The notes: a model not told the origin generated them from the letters alone. Shown: positions 1-10,642, numbered from the stretch's first letter. The stretch: 64,000 nucleotides of DNA from a virus (IMGVR_UViG_2706795240_000001:13780-77779), one strand, 5' to 3'. Made by a program: numbers and translations.

Positions 1-27
1 CTGCGATAATTCGCTACCGTAGGAAAA

Positions 28-74
28 GGATTATCCCCATGTGCCAAGTGCAGATTGGCACATGGGGATAATCC
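28..74 (+). terminator. Long hairpin upstream of the tail assembly chaperone (terminator, attenuator or processing site)
   Basis: Perfect 20-bp inverted repeat GGATTATCCCCATGTGCCAA (28-47) / TTGGCACATGGGGATAATCC (55-74) with a 7-nt loop and only a weak U-tract. Confidence 0.65.
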
Positions 75-114
75 GTCTCATTTAAATATCATCAAGCCTA
101 GAAAGGGCAATAAG

Positions 115-720
115 ATGACCGCACCACAGGGCACCACCGATATCACCTCGCTCGACTACGGCAAGACCGCAGAGCAGATTGCAGCAGATAAGAACGCTGC
201 CGAGCAGGGTTTCCAGAGCACTCGTCCCGTTTTCGTTGATTACTGGGGCAAGGATATCACCAAGAAGTTTTATTTCCCCGGCCAGGAAGATGTTCCCGAG
301 GAATACAAGCAGTACATCGAATACAAGCCCATGACCGAAGGCGCTCGCGCTCGTTTCCAGAAGAAAACGAACCGTGGCGTCGTCATCGAGTCGAGCACCC
401 AGAATGCTCGAATGGGCATGGACCCGGCTGGCGACCGTAAGGCCCTTTTTGAAGAGTCGGTTGTCGACTGGAAGTTCGCGAAGGGCCAGACGCTTGTCGA
501 CTTCTCGTTCCGCAAGTTCATGGAGTGGTACGAGGGCGCAAATCCGAAGATCGTTGATGATCTTGAGCGTGAAATCCGCGAGAATAACGAGTGGATGCTG
601 AACGAGCTTTCGTCTGAGGCAATTCAGAAGGAAATCGACAGCCTCTACGAGCGCAAGGCCGAGGCCGAAAAGCGCGAGGCGCGTGAGGCGGATTTCGACA
701 GCAAGCGCAACGCTTTGTAA
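115..720 (+). CDS. Tail assembly chaperone (gpG-like)
   Basis: Lies directly before the tape measure gene. ATG at 115 has RBS GAAAGGG at 101-107. The ORF-track start at 55 is a TTG inside the hairpin. Confidence 0.85.
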   Translation: MTAPQGTTDITSLDYGKTAEQIAADKNAAEQGFQSTRPVFVDYWGKDITKKFYFPGQEDVPEEYKQYIEYKPMTEGARARFQKKTNRGVVIESSTQNARMGMDPAGDRKALFEESVVDWKFAKGQTLVDFSFRKFMEWYEGANPKIVDDLEREIRENNEWMLNELSSEAIQKEIDSLYERKAEAEKREAREADFDSKRNAL

Positions 721-977
721 AGGGCGAAGAGGTTCCAAATCCTGATCCGCGCATCGTAGCATTTATGATGTGCGAATCAATGAAATGGAATCATCTTCCG
801 ATTGCCGGTGGAATTTACGACCAGGACCCGGTTCTCATGACTTCGTTCATGACAATCTTTTCCGAACGATCTAAGCACCAGGCAGCCGAAGCTAAAAAGC
901 GCGAACGCGAAGCTAAAAAGAAACCCAGTTCTGGGTCACGACGGGCATCCCGACCTGCGTCAAGCCGTAAAAGGTAA
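687..977 (+). CDS. Tail assembly chaperone -1 frameshift extension (gpGT-like C-terminal part)
   Basis: The -1 frame is open from 687 (after TGA 684-686) to TAA 977, overlaps the end of gpG, and encodes ...WNHLPIAGGIYDQDP..., typical of gpT-like extensions. Confidence 0.75.
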   Translation, partial: GGFRQQAQRFVKGEEVPNPDPRIVAFMMCESMKWNHLPIAGGIYDQDPVLMTSFMTIFSERSKHQAAEAKKREREAKKKPSSGSRRASRPASSRKR

Positions 978-1079
978 GACGTAGCGAACGGGGTGCCCGT
1001 TCGTGTATGGTGTGAATATAATTAATTGACTGGTTAAAGGACACAGTGGAGGTCCACTTACCGAGGATAATAAATCCCC

Positions 1080-4000
1080 ATGACTCCAGCAGAACTTAGA
1101 ATTCTTGTTACGGTTCGATCGGCTGAGGCTAAAAAGTCTCTTGATGGTCTTCGTCTTATGATGGGCAAGATCGCCGCGCAGACGACGCTTGCCTCTACTG
1201 AAATGAAGGCATTCAATGGCGTTGTCGCCAGCTCGGTTGCTCCGCTTAAGAGTTCCAGTGCAGCAGCCGCAGACCTCGCGGCTCATCTGGCACTAATCGG
1301 AAAGAGTAAGGCAGCCGCAACCCTTAGCGGAATTGACGCCTCTGCATCCAAGGCTCAGCGTTCCGTTGGGCTTCTTGGTAAAAACGCAACGACAGCAGCG
1401 ACCGGCCTCAAGGCAATTAATACGGGATCGCAGAATGCAGCCGTTGGCATAAACCGACTCAATAAGAGTTCGGCAGGAATCGAGCGACTTGGCACGGTAT
1501 TCAAGGGTACCGCAACTGGTGTCAGGTCGCTTAATACTGCCCTAAACCAGAACACCGTTTCGAGCGCTCGCGCTGTCGGTGGACTGAATTCCGCGAGCGC
1601 AGCAGCAGAGCGTGCAGCAGCCGCCGCGACGGCATCGGCCACCGGGTTTTCCAGCAGCGCAGCCGCCATGGGCGCGATGGGCGCAGCAGGGGCGGTAGCC
1701 GGACGGGCAGCCACCGCCGCGACTACCGGCGCAGCAGCGGGTGCAGCGGCGCAGGGAACATTTGCACAGCGACTCGCTGGCACGTCCGAGGCGCTGAGAA
1801 AACAGGGTTCGCGCGCACAGTGGGCCGGTCGCCAGATTTCAATGATGTTCACTGCCCCTGTGGCGCTTGCTATTGGCATGGGCGCAAAGTGGCAGCTCGA
1901 TCTTGAAAAGCAGCAGACTCAGCTCGCCAAGGTTTACGGTAGAATTGGCGAGGACCAGGACGCCCTCGGAGTCGAGACACAAAAGCTGAATAAATACTTC
2001 CGTCTTCTGTCGGATGAGCTTGGTAATTCTCAGGAAGAAATTACCTCTATCGGTGCGGCATGGGCGCAGGCTGGCAAGAGTGGCGCAGCACTCGCTGAAT
2101 ATACTCGCCTCACTACTGAGGCAATGATTCTCGGCGATATTACCGCCGATCAGGCTCAGCAGTCGATGACCGCTTTGAGCTTGCAGTGGAATCTTGGTGC
2201 AAAGGCATCAAAGATTACCGCTACAGAATTCATGAACATGAAGGACGCAATTGCAGCGATTAACGTTGCGTCTAACGAGACTCAGGTTTCTTACGCCGAC
2301 CTTCTCCAAGTCATGGGCCAGGCCGGTTCAATTGCGCGAACTTCGGGTGCGTCGTTCAAGGAAACCCTTGCAATGGCGACCTCGATTACTCGTGTTACGG
2401 GCAACGCTGCAAAGACCGGTAATGCGCTTAAGTCGATTTTGACTAATGCCCTTAAGCCGCCAAAGGGTGGCGGCACGGAGTGGATGAAAAAGCTCGGCGT
2501 TGACCTGGAAAGTGTTGAGGGTCGAGCACTCACTTCTTCTCAGCGTATTGAAGTTCTTGCCGAAAATCTTTCTAAGCTGGATCAGCAGGGCCAGGTCGAG
2601 GCAATTGGCTCGATGTTTACCAAGTGGCAGATCAATGCTTTTGCCCAGCTTGGCAAAGATATTCGTCAGGCTCGCATTCAGCTTTTGGGATGGTCGAAAG
2701 ATATTACGGGAAGCGAAAGGGCTGCACAGGGTCTATACGACTCCATGACCAGGGCTCTTGGCTCGCCGATGCAAAGTCGTGCAGCGCAGAATGCGTTCAA
2801 GGGACTGGAAATCGATATCAAGGCTGCCGATTACCAGTCCATGAATGCTAATGCCAGGTTCATTCGACTTGCCGATTCTATGCGCGGAATGGATGAGCAG
2901 GCACGCAAGGTTAAGCTGGAGCAGATTTTCGGTCCGGCTAATGTTGGTGCGCTTGATAAGCTGGTTCAGAAGACCAACGAAAATACCGAAGCTCTGGGTA
3001 ATTATAATCGCGAGATTGCATCCACCGGAGATAAGGCAAAAAATCTTGAGCAGTATAAGAAGGAGCTTGACAAGTTCCTAGAGTCGAATCCACAGAAGTT
3101 TAAAATTGCTGGCACAATGATGAAGAACGCCCTCATGGACGTTGCTGTCATTCTTCTGCCATATATTCTTGCGCTGGCTAAGTCTATTGCGAAAATGGCG
3201 CAAGCCTTTGCGAATATGAATCCGACTCTCCAAAAGGTCGTTATTGGCTTCCTGGTGTTCCTTGCCCTTGTTGGTCCGCTCGCAATACTGATCGCGAGCT
3301 TCAAGGTTCTGTTCGGCGTCCTCGGCGGCGGAATGGCAAAGCTGATCGGATTTTTTACGGTCACCAGCACGTCGGCAACGGGTGCGACTACATCGCTTTT
3401 CCGGTTCAGTGCAGCCGGTCGCGCAGCCGCGCGCGCCAATAAGGCCGCAGCAGCCGAGATAGCGGGGTCGTCAAAGGTTGGCTTTGGTGCAGCGGCCAAA
3501 TCTGCAATGACTAGTGCCCGTACTACCGTTCGGGAATTTGCAACTGGCGCAAAGGCGGCTGCTGCATCATGGAAGGCCGGAATTCGAGGAATTCCAGTAT
3601 CTACCAGGATTAATGGCGCTCAGACCGCCGCTGTTCAGACTCAAAATAATGCAATCATGTTGGCGCGAATCAATGGCGGAATGGCCGCGATTCGTGCTGC
3701 ACAGGCGCGCGGTGAGCAGGCTCGCATTTCCACCATCCGCCTTTACGGAAACCTTGCTGCAATTGAGCAGTCGATGGGAATGAAAAAGCAGGCTGCCGCA
3801 GTTACCGCCGGTGGCGCAGGTGTTGTTGCTGCGCAAAAGGGCGTTGGCGCTGCACAGGTTGCTGCTGCCGGTAAATCTGGAACGGCTGCTGGTGCCGCCG
3901 CTGGCGCTGGTGCCGCCCGTGGAATGAAGGGCAAGTTGCCTGGCATTCTTGGAATTCTTGCAACAGTTCTTTTCTTCATTCCTCCAAGCTGGTTTAAGGC

Positions 4001-7000
4001 CGGTGGCGATGCCGCGAAGAGCCTTGGCAAGGGTCTTATGGATGGAATCAAGAATCTTGGTGGAAGCATCAAGAGCCTTATGGGCAGGATGGGAATTACT
4101 TCTGCTCGTAGCTTTGGGTCCGCAATTGCTAGAACGCTTGGCGGAAAGGGCGGTCTGATTGGTGCTGCGATTGCATCAGTTGTTTCCGGCATCGCATTTG
4201 CATGGGACGATATCAAGAAGATTACCCAAAAGGTCTTTGGCGGGGATTCAAATGTTCCCCTTTTGGCGCGTCCTTTCGTGTGGGCCGTTGAGGTAATCGT
4301 TGCTGCTGTTAAGAAGCTGCCTGACGTAATTGTGGCGGTTTTCCAGGGAATCGTTAGCTTTATCACTAAGGCTGCGAAGAAAATCTACGAGGCATTTAGC
4401 TACATTAACCCGTTTGCGCGTCACTCACCTTCCCTGGTTGAGAATGTGACAAATGGTATGGCTATCGTCACCAGTATTTTTGGTGACGCTTCACGTTCGA
4501 TTCAGCAGGATATGCGTAATGCATATGGTGCTATCTACAAGTTCGGTAGTGCAACTGCTGGCCTGAATATGAAGGCCGCAAATATCAAGCGCGATGACGA
4601 CCTCGGTGCAATAAAAAAGGCTGATCCTTCTGGCGCAGCAACAAAGGGTTATCTTGAACTTGAGCGCAACGCCAAGAAGCTCGAAGCTAATTCTGTTCGT
4701 CTGAACGCGGCATTGCAGAAGCAGCAGCGAATTGTTGATGCCCTGTCGAACAAGGTGAAGATTGCTGATCGCAATATCGATCAGATGCAGAAGACCATGG
4801 AGTCTTTGCAGAAGATTGCAGACGCAACCGGCAAGGCTCTTGATTATGCAAAGGAGCAGCTAGAGTACTACGCGAATGCCCCAATTAAGGGTATGCGCGC
4901 AATGTCTGACGCTATTTTCGAGAACGAAATGGCACAGAAGCGTCTACAGCTTGAAATGATGAAGCTGGAAGATGCTGGCGGTAGCATTGATGAAATTACG
5001 GATAAGTACGCACGTTTGCAGGGGCAGATTGAAACCCTGTCCGGCCAGCGTGCGGACCTCCAGCAAAAGGGTGCTGGTAGCGATATTCTTGCCACTTACG
5101 ACAAGATGATCGCTGATCTTAAAGCCCAGCAGGGCGCTGCAATTTCCAGCGGACCCGCAAAGGAAATTGAAGAACTGAATAAGTCGCTTGATGATTTGAA
5201 GCGCAAGGGTGAAATGCTCGACCTTGAGAATTCTCTCAAGTTCGATCCGCTTACGCGACAGATTGATCAGCTCGTAAACACAGAGAAAGAGCTTGACTTC
5301 TCGACCATCGTTACCGGTGTGACAACCTATAAGGCGCAGGTCGAAGGTCTGACGATTGCAAATAATCTTGCAACCGGCGCTGTTCAGGCTCAGCAGGCTG
5401 CAATTGATGCCGCGTCCGCAAGTCGCGATGCGCTTAATCAGCGGTTGACTCTTGAGCAGGAAAAGCTCGATGGAATCAAGTCTGTTTACGATCAGAATCA
5501 GCAGGCCATTACTGACGTACGCGCAGCAATGGATGAGCTTGTCTCTTCTGCTGGCACGGTTAATCAGAAGATGGAAGAGGTTGCCCAAAAGGCCAAGGAT
5601 GCCGCCGATAAGGCTGGTGAGCTTGGTGACAAGTTGGGCGAGCTTGGTGATGCGGATATTGAGGCACCAGACCTTAGCGAGGTTGGTAATTCTCTTGACG
5701 ACATGATCAGCGACATGGAAAAGAAGTTTGAGGGCGCTGGACTTTTTGATGGTCTTGGCGAAAAAATCAAGAACTTCTTTGGGGGATTGCCAGGTAAAAT
5801 TGGCGGATTCCTCGGTAAGGCCATGGGTGTTATCTGGGACTTCATTAAGAAGCTCCCCGGCGAGCTGGTGCGAGGTATTTCGTATCTGGCAGGCTTCCTG
5901 GTTGGCGCAGCCGCGAAACTCGTCGTGGCTATTATAGTCGGCCTGTACAAGCTGAGCGGAAAGATTGTTGAACTTGTAGACAAGGCTTTTGGATGGATTT
6001 GGGAAGTGGGAATTCCCAAGCTGTGGCAGAAGCTAAAGGACATTGACTGGGGCGGAATGCTGGCCGGTATTTTCACTGGCGAGACATGGGCAAAGCTGGC
6101 AATCGCGCTCTGGGATGCCGGGGTGTGGCTGATCAAGGGCCTGTTCAACGGCATTAAGAGTATGCTGACCAATGTTTGGGACTGGGTCTTTGAAAATATC
6201 ATCAGGCCAATCATTGACGGCGTTCGGGACGGCTTTGGTATTGCATCCCCGTCGACGGTCTTTGCCGAAATTGGCAACTGGCTGGTGGAGGGCCTTCTTA
6301 AGGGGCTTGTTGACAATATTGTCAAGGTCTTCACCTGGTTTATGGAGCTGCCTGCAAGGGTTATCACCGCAATTGGAGACTTGGCTGGATTCCTTGGGCG
6401 AAAGTTTGGCGAAGCAATTCAATGGGTTCGCGATCGACTTCCCGAATGGTGGGAGAAGATCAACAACTTCTTCGGCGGAATTCCCGGAAAGGTTGGCGAA
6501 CTTCTTGGTGGAATTGGTCGAGCAATTGGCGACAAGTTCAAGGGTGCCTGGGATTGGGTTTCCAGCAAAATGGAAGACTGGGCGCGCCCGGTTGTGGACT
6601 GGTTTAAGCGACTCCCGGACCTTATCGGAGGAATCTTCGATACGGTCAAGGAAAAGCTCAAGACTCCGATTAACTTTGTTATCGGAACTGTCTACAACAA
6701 CGGTCTCCGTAAGGTCTGGAATAATACAGCTGGCAAGGTTGGTCTTCCGGAAATGGGAGAAGTCCAGCAGCTCGCAAAGGGCGGAAGCGTCGGCAACCGC
6801 ATAGTCGGACCGGGAACGGGTACTAGTGACTCTATTCTCACGACCGCAAAGCCGGGTAGTGAGATTTTCACTGCTCGTGAAGTTGCTAACGCTGGTGGAT
6901 TTAAGGCACTGGAATCGCTGCTCGGTCGGATGGGTGTCCGGTCGTTTATGAGCAGCGGCACCGGTGGAGTTCCTGTTGCTCTTAGTAATGGTGAATTCCG

Positions 7001-10000
7001 TCTTGATCCGACGCAAATTGCGCAAATTGGTGGCAGCGCAAAGGTTAAGCAGCTTCGCGCTCAGCTTGCCGCTGGTAATGTTCCTGGTCATGATGTTGGT
7101 GGCGATATTATGGACGTCGTTACCGGATCGATCAGTAATGTGAAGCAGGGTGCGAAGAACGTTGCGGCATTTGGTGTCGATAAGGCGCTTGATGCTGTTG
7201 ACGCCCTGATTCCGGATATGCTGACGCCTCCCGGTGGAGACATTGGCCGTTACCCGCAAAAGGTTTTCGATACGTTCCGCGAGAAGATCATTAATGCGCT
7301 TAAGGGTGCGGATGATGTTAAGCGGTCTGGCAAGAAATTGAATGCGCCTTCTGTTCGGAAATCCGGCTTTGCAACTGGTGGAACCATCCCGTCAACAACC
7401 GGCGGAACTGGCGCTACGCCTTCGACCGCCGATACGTCTACCGGCGCGTCGGCGGCGGCTCCTGGAATTGACCCGGCAACCGGTGCCGGTCTCGTGGAGT
7501 CCGTTACCGGCGCAACAGCGGCGGCGCAAGCAGTCTGGCAGTCGTATTACGCGGCAATTGAGGAAGAACAGCTTACAAATGCAACAACAATGCAGGCTCA
7601 GCAGCTTACCGCTGATACTGCAATGTTGGCGCAGCAGACGGCCACCATCGCCACAATGCAAACTGCGAGCGCGTCTTTCCGTGCCAGCGAAATTGCAGCA
7701 GATGCCGCGTATCAAACGACTCTTGCTGCTCAGGATTTGGCAAGTAAGACCCTGCTGAATTCGCAGCTTGCGACTTTTGTTTCAGCGCAGACCACTCAGT
7801 GGGCCGCGTTGCGAAAGTCGGTTGTGGATACTGCAACCGGAATGAATGCCGACGTTAGCAATCAATTCGAGCTGCTTTCGGAGAACATTCGTAGAACAAT
7901 TGAAGATGGAATCAACCCGACCATCGGTTCGCTGGAGGAATTGCTGAATCGAACGGTTGGCTGGTTTGAGGCTGCATCCAATGATATTGGTGCAATGTGG
8001 AGCCAGACTGTTCCGAAGGTTCAGGACCCGACTCGCGTCATCATTAACGACGTTTACAATAATGGAGTTCGTGTCGCGTGGAGCAAGGTTCATACTTGGC
8101 TCGATTTGCCAGAGCTTGACCAGTTCGTTGCGCCGTTTGCAAAGGGTGGTCAGCTTGGGCCTGAGGGCATGGTTTCGGTTAACTCGCTGAGCAACCCGAA
8201 TAGCCCGAAGTCCGTGAAGAATGGTGGTCCACTTAGGGCCGCTAGCTCGTCGCGAGATTCAACACTGTTCGCTGGTATGCGTGGCGAGTACGTGATGAAC
8301 AGGAAGATGGTTCAGGGTGCCGGTGGTATTTCTAACCTGGAGGCATGGCGCAAGGCCACGCTTTCTGGTCGAAAGCCCATCGAGACCGGCGGAACGGTCA
8401 ATTTCGATGCAGTGCCAGGATTCGCTTCTGGCGGTGTTCTCGGAATGGATAAGCGTCCAGAGAACCAGGCCCTTCCCGGCGTTATTCAGGAAGTTCCGGA
8501 ACGTCTTCGTCCGTATTACAACCGCACGTATGACTACGGCGGTGGCGGTCAGCCTGGTCGTGGTTATGACTGCTCGGGCTGGACTGGTGCCGTTCACCAG
8601 ATTCTTACCGGCGGAAGTCATGTCGGTCGAATTTGGTCCACTGAGGTTAATTTCAGTAGCTACGGCTATAAGCGAGGCAATGACGGATACTGGTCGATGG
8701 GCGTTCATAACGGCGGCGGCGGAATGAGTTCGCACACCGCAGGAACGCTCGCTGGCGTTAACTACGAGTCGGGCGGCGCACACAATACGTCCACATGGGG
8801 TGGACCTGCCGCCGGTACTATTAACCCGCAATTCGAGAATCAGTACTACCTCCCCAGCTTGGGTGGTAAGTTTATCGGAACGCCGGGTGGCGGTGGCGCA
8901 GTTGCCATTACTCCGATGCTTCTCGAAATGTGGGACAAGGAAATGACTCGCGTCAAGGAGGGCATTTCCGGACTCGCGTTTGGGGGAACTATTGGTCAGA
9001 ATCCGCCTAAGGCATACGATAAGTTCAATCTTCTCCGTGGGGTTATCGAGAAGAAGGGCAAGGAAAAGGACGCTGCCGCTGCCGCATCCGCAGCAGCTAA
9101 TTACGGTCAGGGTCCGGAAGGTTCGTACGGCGGTGGCGTGGAGCGCTGGCGCTCGGTTGTTCATGACGCGCTCGCTCGCGTTGGACAGCCGAAGAGCCTG
9201 GACGAAATTACTCTTCGTCGCATGAACCAGGAATCGCGCGGCAATCCGCGAGCGATTAACCTGTGGGATTCAAATGCTGCACAAGGAACTCCATCAAAGG
9301 GCCTTATGCAGGTTATCGATCCTACATTCCAGGCTAATCGCGACCCGTCTTTGCCGAACGATATTTGGGACCCAATGGCGAATATCGTTGCATCGATGCG
9401 CTACACGCTCGGTCGTTACGGTTCGCTTCCGGCTGGTTATGGTCGAGCTGGTGGATATGATTCCGGCGGCTGGCTGGAGCCGGGTCTCACGGCGGCGGTT
9501 AATGCAACCGGCAAGCCTGAGGCTATTCTCACGAATACCGACTGGAAGGCCGTTTACAAGGCCGCAATGAAGCCGACGCTTTCCATTGACGATATCGCCA
9601 ATGGATACGCAAAGGGCATGGCAAAGGTATTCGGGTTGAATACCGACAAGGAGGTTCAGAAGTCGATTCAGGGCGCAACAGAGGTTGCTCTCCAGGGTCA
9701 GAATTCTAAGTGGAATCCGATGGTTGTTGACGCAACCGAAGATGTTAAGGCAGAGGCAACAAAGACGACCGAAGCTGTCTATAAGGTGACAGATACGGTT
9801 AAGGGTACTGGAAATATCATGACCGGTATTCTCGGGGCAACCGAGGATAACAAGAAGGTTCTTGATCAAATGCTCGCGGTTATGAATGCGGGTGCCGGTA
9901 CTCTTGGTCAAATTGGAGCCAAGTGGGTTAAGGGCGAAGACGGCAAGGAAGGTAAGTGGGAATATAACGTCACCTTCGGAGCCTTCGCGCCGCTGATCGA

Positions 10001-10640
10001 ATCGATAGCCGGACTGGTCGAGAACCTTCCGGATGCAGAGCCGACATATGTTTCTTGGGCTGGTACTAACCGAGAAGTTACCAAGGAAATGCAGCGCGAA
10101 AAGCAGATGAATGATCTTGCTAATAGCTCTAAGGGCTTGTATTACGCCTTTAAGACTATTGCGCCTCCGGTTCTCAGGAGCACGGCAAAGATTGGTGCTG
10201 CAATTGAGACGCTGGTTCAGCAAGACGGTGAAGCATGGGCGATGATTTCGGCGCAGCTTGCGGCAGGTAATCCTACGGCTTATCTTGCGGCGGCGGTGCT
10301 TTCGCTCAAGGCTATTCTCACTATTCTGCCGCTGGTTATCGAGGCAATCATGTCGATTGGTCCTGCAATTATTGAGTCGCTGATCGCGTACTTCACTAAG
10401 TTTGAACCTGACTCGGTCTATGCGTATGGTACTTATGAGGCAGCTAACGATGCTGTTGTCAAGAACCAGAACGCGATTCGGAATGGAGCCACCGGCCCCG
10501 TTTTCGAGACCCCTTCGGTTCAGCAGGAACAGCAGAGCTACAATTTCAATTTCTACGGAGATGTTGTGGTTCCGAATGTCACTAATGAGTCCGGCGTCGA
10601 TACGCTGGTCGGTAACCTTCTTGGATTGGCAGGTGTCTAG
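1080..10640 (+). CDS. Tape measure protein (3186 aa) with embedded peptidoglycan hydrolase domains
   Basis: Very long Ala/Gly-rich helical ORF after the chaperone, with coiled coils and W/F-periodic repeats. The C-terminal part has an NlpC/P60-like YDCSG...H motif and an SLT-like QESRGNP...KGLMQ motif. Confidence 0.95.
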   Translation: MTPAELRILVTVRSAEAKKSLDGLRLMMGKIAAQTTLASTEMKAFNGVVASSVAPLKSSSAAAADLAAHLALIGKSKAAATLSGIDASASKAQRSVGLLGKNATTAATGLKAINTGSQNAAVGINRLNKSSAGIERLGTVFKGTATGVRSLNTALNQNTVSSARAVGGLNSASAAAERAAAAATASATGFSSSAAAMGAMGAAGAVAGRAATAATTGAAAGAAAQGTFAQRLAGTSEALRKQGSRAQWAGRQISMMFTAPVALAIGMGAKWQLDLEKQQTQLAKVYGRIGEDQDALGVETQKLNKYFRLLSDELGNSQEEITSIGAAWAQAGKSGAALAEYTRLTTEAMILGDITADQAQQSMTALSLQWNLGAKASKITATEFMNMKDAIAAINVASNETQVSYADLLQVMGQAGSIARTSGASFKETLAMATSITRVTGNAAKTGNALKSILTNALKPPKGGGTEWMKKLGVDLESVEGRALTSSQRIEVLAENLSKLDQQGQVEAIGSMFTKWQINAFAQLGKDIRQARIQLLGWSKDITGSERAAQGLYDSMTRALGSPMQSRAAQNAFKGLEIDIKAADYQSMNANARFIRLADSMRGMDEQARKVKLEQIFGPANVGALDKLVQKTNENTEALGNYNREIASTGDKAKNLEQYKKELDKFLESNPQKFKIAGTMMKNALMDVAVILLPYILALAKSIAKMAQAFANMNPTLQKVVIGFLVFLALVGPLAILIASFKVLFGVLGGGMAKLIGFFTVTSTSATGATTSLFRFSAAGRAAARANKAAAAEIAGSSKVGFGAAAKSAMTSARTTVREFATGAKAAAASWKAGIRGIPVSTRINGAQTAAVQTQNNAIMLARINGGMAAIRAAQARGEQARISTIRLYGNLAAIEQSMGMKKQAAAVTAGGAGVVAAQKGVGAAQVAAAGKSGTAAGAAAGAGAARGMKGKLPGILGILATVLFFIPPSWFKAGGDAAKSLGKGLMDGIKNLGGSIKSLMGRMGITSARSFGSAIARTLGGKGGLIGAAIASVVSGIAFAWDDIKKITQKVFGGDSNVPLLARPFVWAVEVIVAAVKKLPDVIVAVFQGIVSFITKAAKKIYEAFSYINPFARHSPSLVENVTNGMAIVTSIFGDASRSIQQDMRNAYGAIYKFGSATAGLNMKAANIKRDDDLGAIKKADPSGAATKGYLELERNAKKLEANSVRLNAALQKQQRIVDALSNKVKIADRNIDQMQKTMESLQKIADATGKALDYAKEQLEYYANAPIKGMRAMSDAIFENEMAQKRLQLEMMKLEDAGGSIDEITDKYARLQGQIETLSGQRADLQQKGAGSDILATYDKMIADLKAQQGAAISSGPAKEIEELNKSLDDLKRKGEMLDLENSLKFDPLTRQIDQLVNTEKELDFSTIVTGVTTYKAQVEGLTIANNLATGAVQAQQAAIDAASASRDALNQRLTLEQEKLDGIKSVYDQNQQAITDVRAAMDELVSSAGTVNQKMEEVAQKAKDAADKAGELGDKLGELGDADIEAPDLSEVGNSLDDMISDMEKKFEGAGLFDGLGEKIKNFFGGLPGKIGGFLGKAMGVIWDFIKKLPGELVRGISYLAGFLVGAAAKLVVAIIVGLYKLSGKIVELVDKAFGWIWEVGIPKLWQKLKDIDWGGMLAGIFTGETWAKLAIALWDAGVWLIKGLFNGIKSMLTNVWDWVFENIIRPIIDGVRDGFGIASPSTVFAEIGNWLVEGLLKGLVDNIVKVFTWFMELPARVITAIGDLAGFLGRKFGEAIQWVRDRLPEWWEKINNFFGGIPGKVGELLGGIGRAIGDKFKGAWDWVSSKMEDWARPVVDWFKRLPDLIGGIFDTVKEKLKTPINFVIGTVYNNGLRKVWNNTAGKVGLPEMGEVQQLAKGGSVGNRIVGPGTGTSDSILTTAKPGSEIFTAREVANAGGFKALESLLGRMGVRSFMSSGTGGVPVALSNGEFRLDPTQIAQIGGSAKVKQLRAQLAAGNVPGHDVGGDIMDVVTGSISNVKQGAKNVAAFGVDKALDAVDALIPDMLTPPGGDIGRYPQKVFDTFREKIINALKGADDVKRSGKKLNAPSVRKSGFATGGTIPSTTGGTGATPSTADTSTGASAAAPGIDPATGAGLVESVTGATAAAQAVWQSYYAAIEEEQLTNATTMQAQQLTADTAMLAQQTATIATMQTASASFRASEIAADAAYQTTLAAQDLASKTLLNSQLATFVSAQTTQWAALRKSVVDTATGMNADVSNQFELLSENIRRTIEDGINPTIGSLEELLNRTVGWFEAASNDIGAMWSQTVPKVQDPTRVIINDVYNNGVRVAWSKVHTWLDLPELDQFVAPFAKGGQLGPEGMVSVNSLSNPNSPKSVKNGGPLRAASSSRDSTLFAGMRGEYVMNRKMVQGAGGISNLEAWRKATLSGRKPIETGGTVNFDAVPGFASGGVLGMDKRPENQALPGVIQEVPERLRPYYNRTYDYGGGGQPGRGYDCSGWTGAVHQILTGGSHVGRIWSTEVNFSSYGYKRGNDGYWSMGVHNGGGGMSSHTAGTLAGVNYESGGAHNTSTWGGPAAGTINPQFENQYYLPSLGGKFIGTPGGGGAVAITPMLLEMWDKEMTRVKEGISGLAFGGTIGQNPPKAYDKFNLLRGVIEKKGKEKDAAAAASAAANYGQGPEGSYGGGVERWRSVVHDALARVGQPKSLDEITLRRMNQESRGNPRAINLWDSNAAQGTPSKGLMQVIDPTFQANRDPSLPNDIWDPMANIVASMRYTLGRYGSLPAGYGRAGGYDSGGWLEPGLTAAVNATGKPEAILTNTDWKAVYKAAMKPTLSIDDIANGYAKGMAKVFGLNTDKEVQKSIQGATEVALQGQNSKWNPMVVDATEDVKAEATKTTEAVYKVTDTVKGTGNIMTGILGATEDNKKVLDQMLAVMNAGAGTLGQIGAKWVKGEDGKEGKWEYNVTFGAFAPLIESIAGLVENLPDAEPTYVSWAGTNREVTKEMQREKQMNDLANSSKGLYYAFKTIAPPVLRSTAKIGAAIETLVQQDGEAWAMISAQLAAGNPTAYLAAAVLSLKAILTILPLVIEAIMSIGPAIIESLIAYFTKFEPDSVYAYGTYEAANDAVVKNQNAIRNGATGPVFETPSVQQEQQSYNFNFYGDVVVPNVTNESGVDTLVGNLLGLAGV

Positions 10641-10642
10641 TA

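Noticed and set aside
55-114. ORF-track N-terminal extension of the chaperone
   Set aside because: It starts at a TTG inside the hairpin; ATG 115 has the RBS
1355-10223. Many antisense and alternate-frame ORFs inside the tape measure and tail genes
   Set aside because: Shadow ORFs of a long coding frame, with no RBS or recognisable motifs
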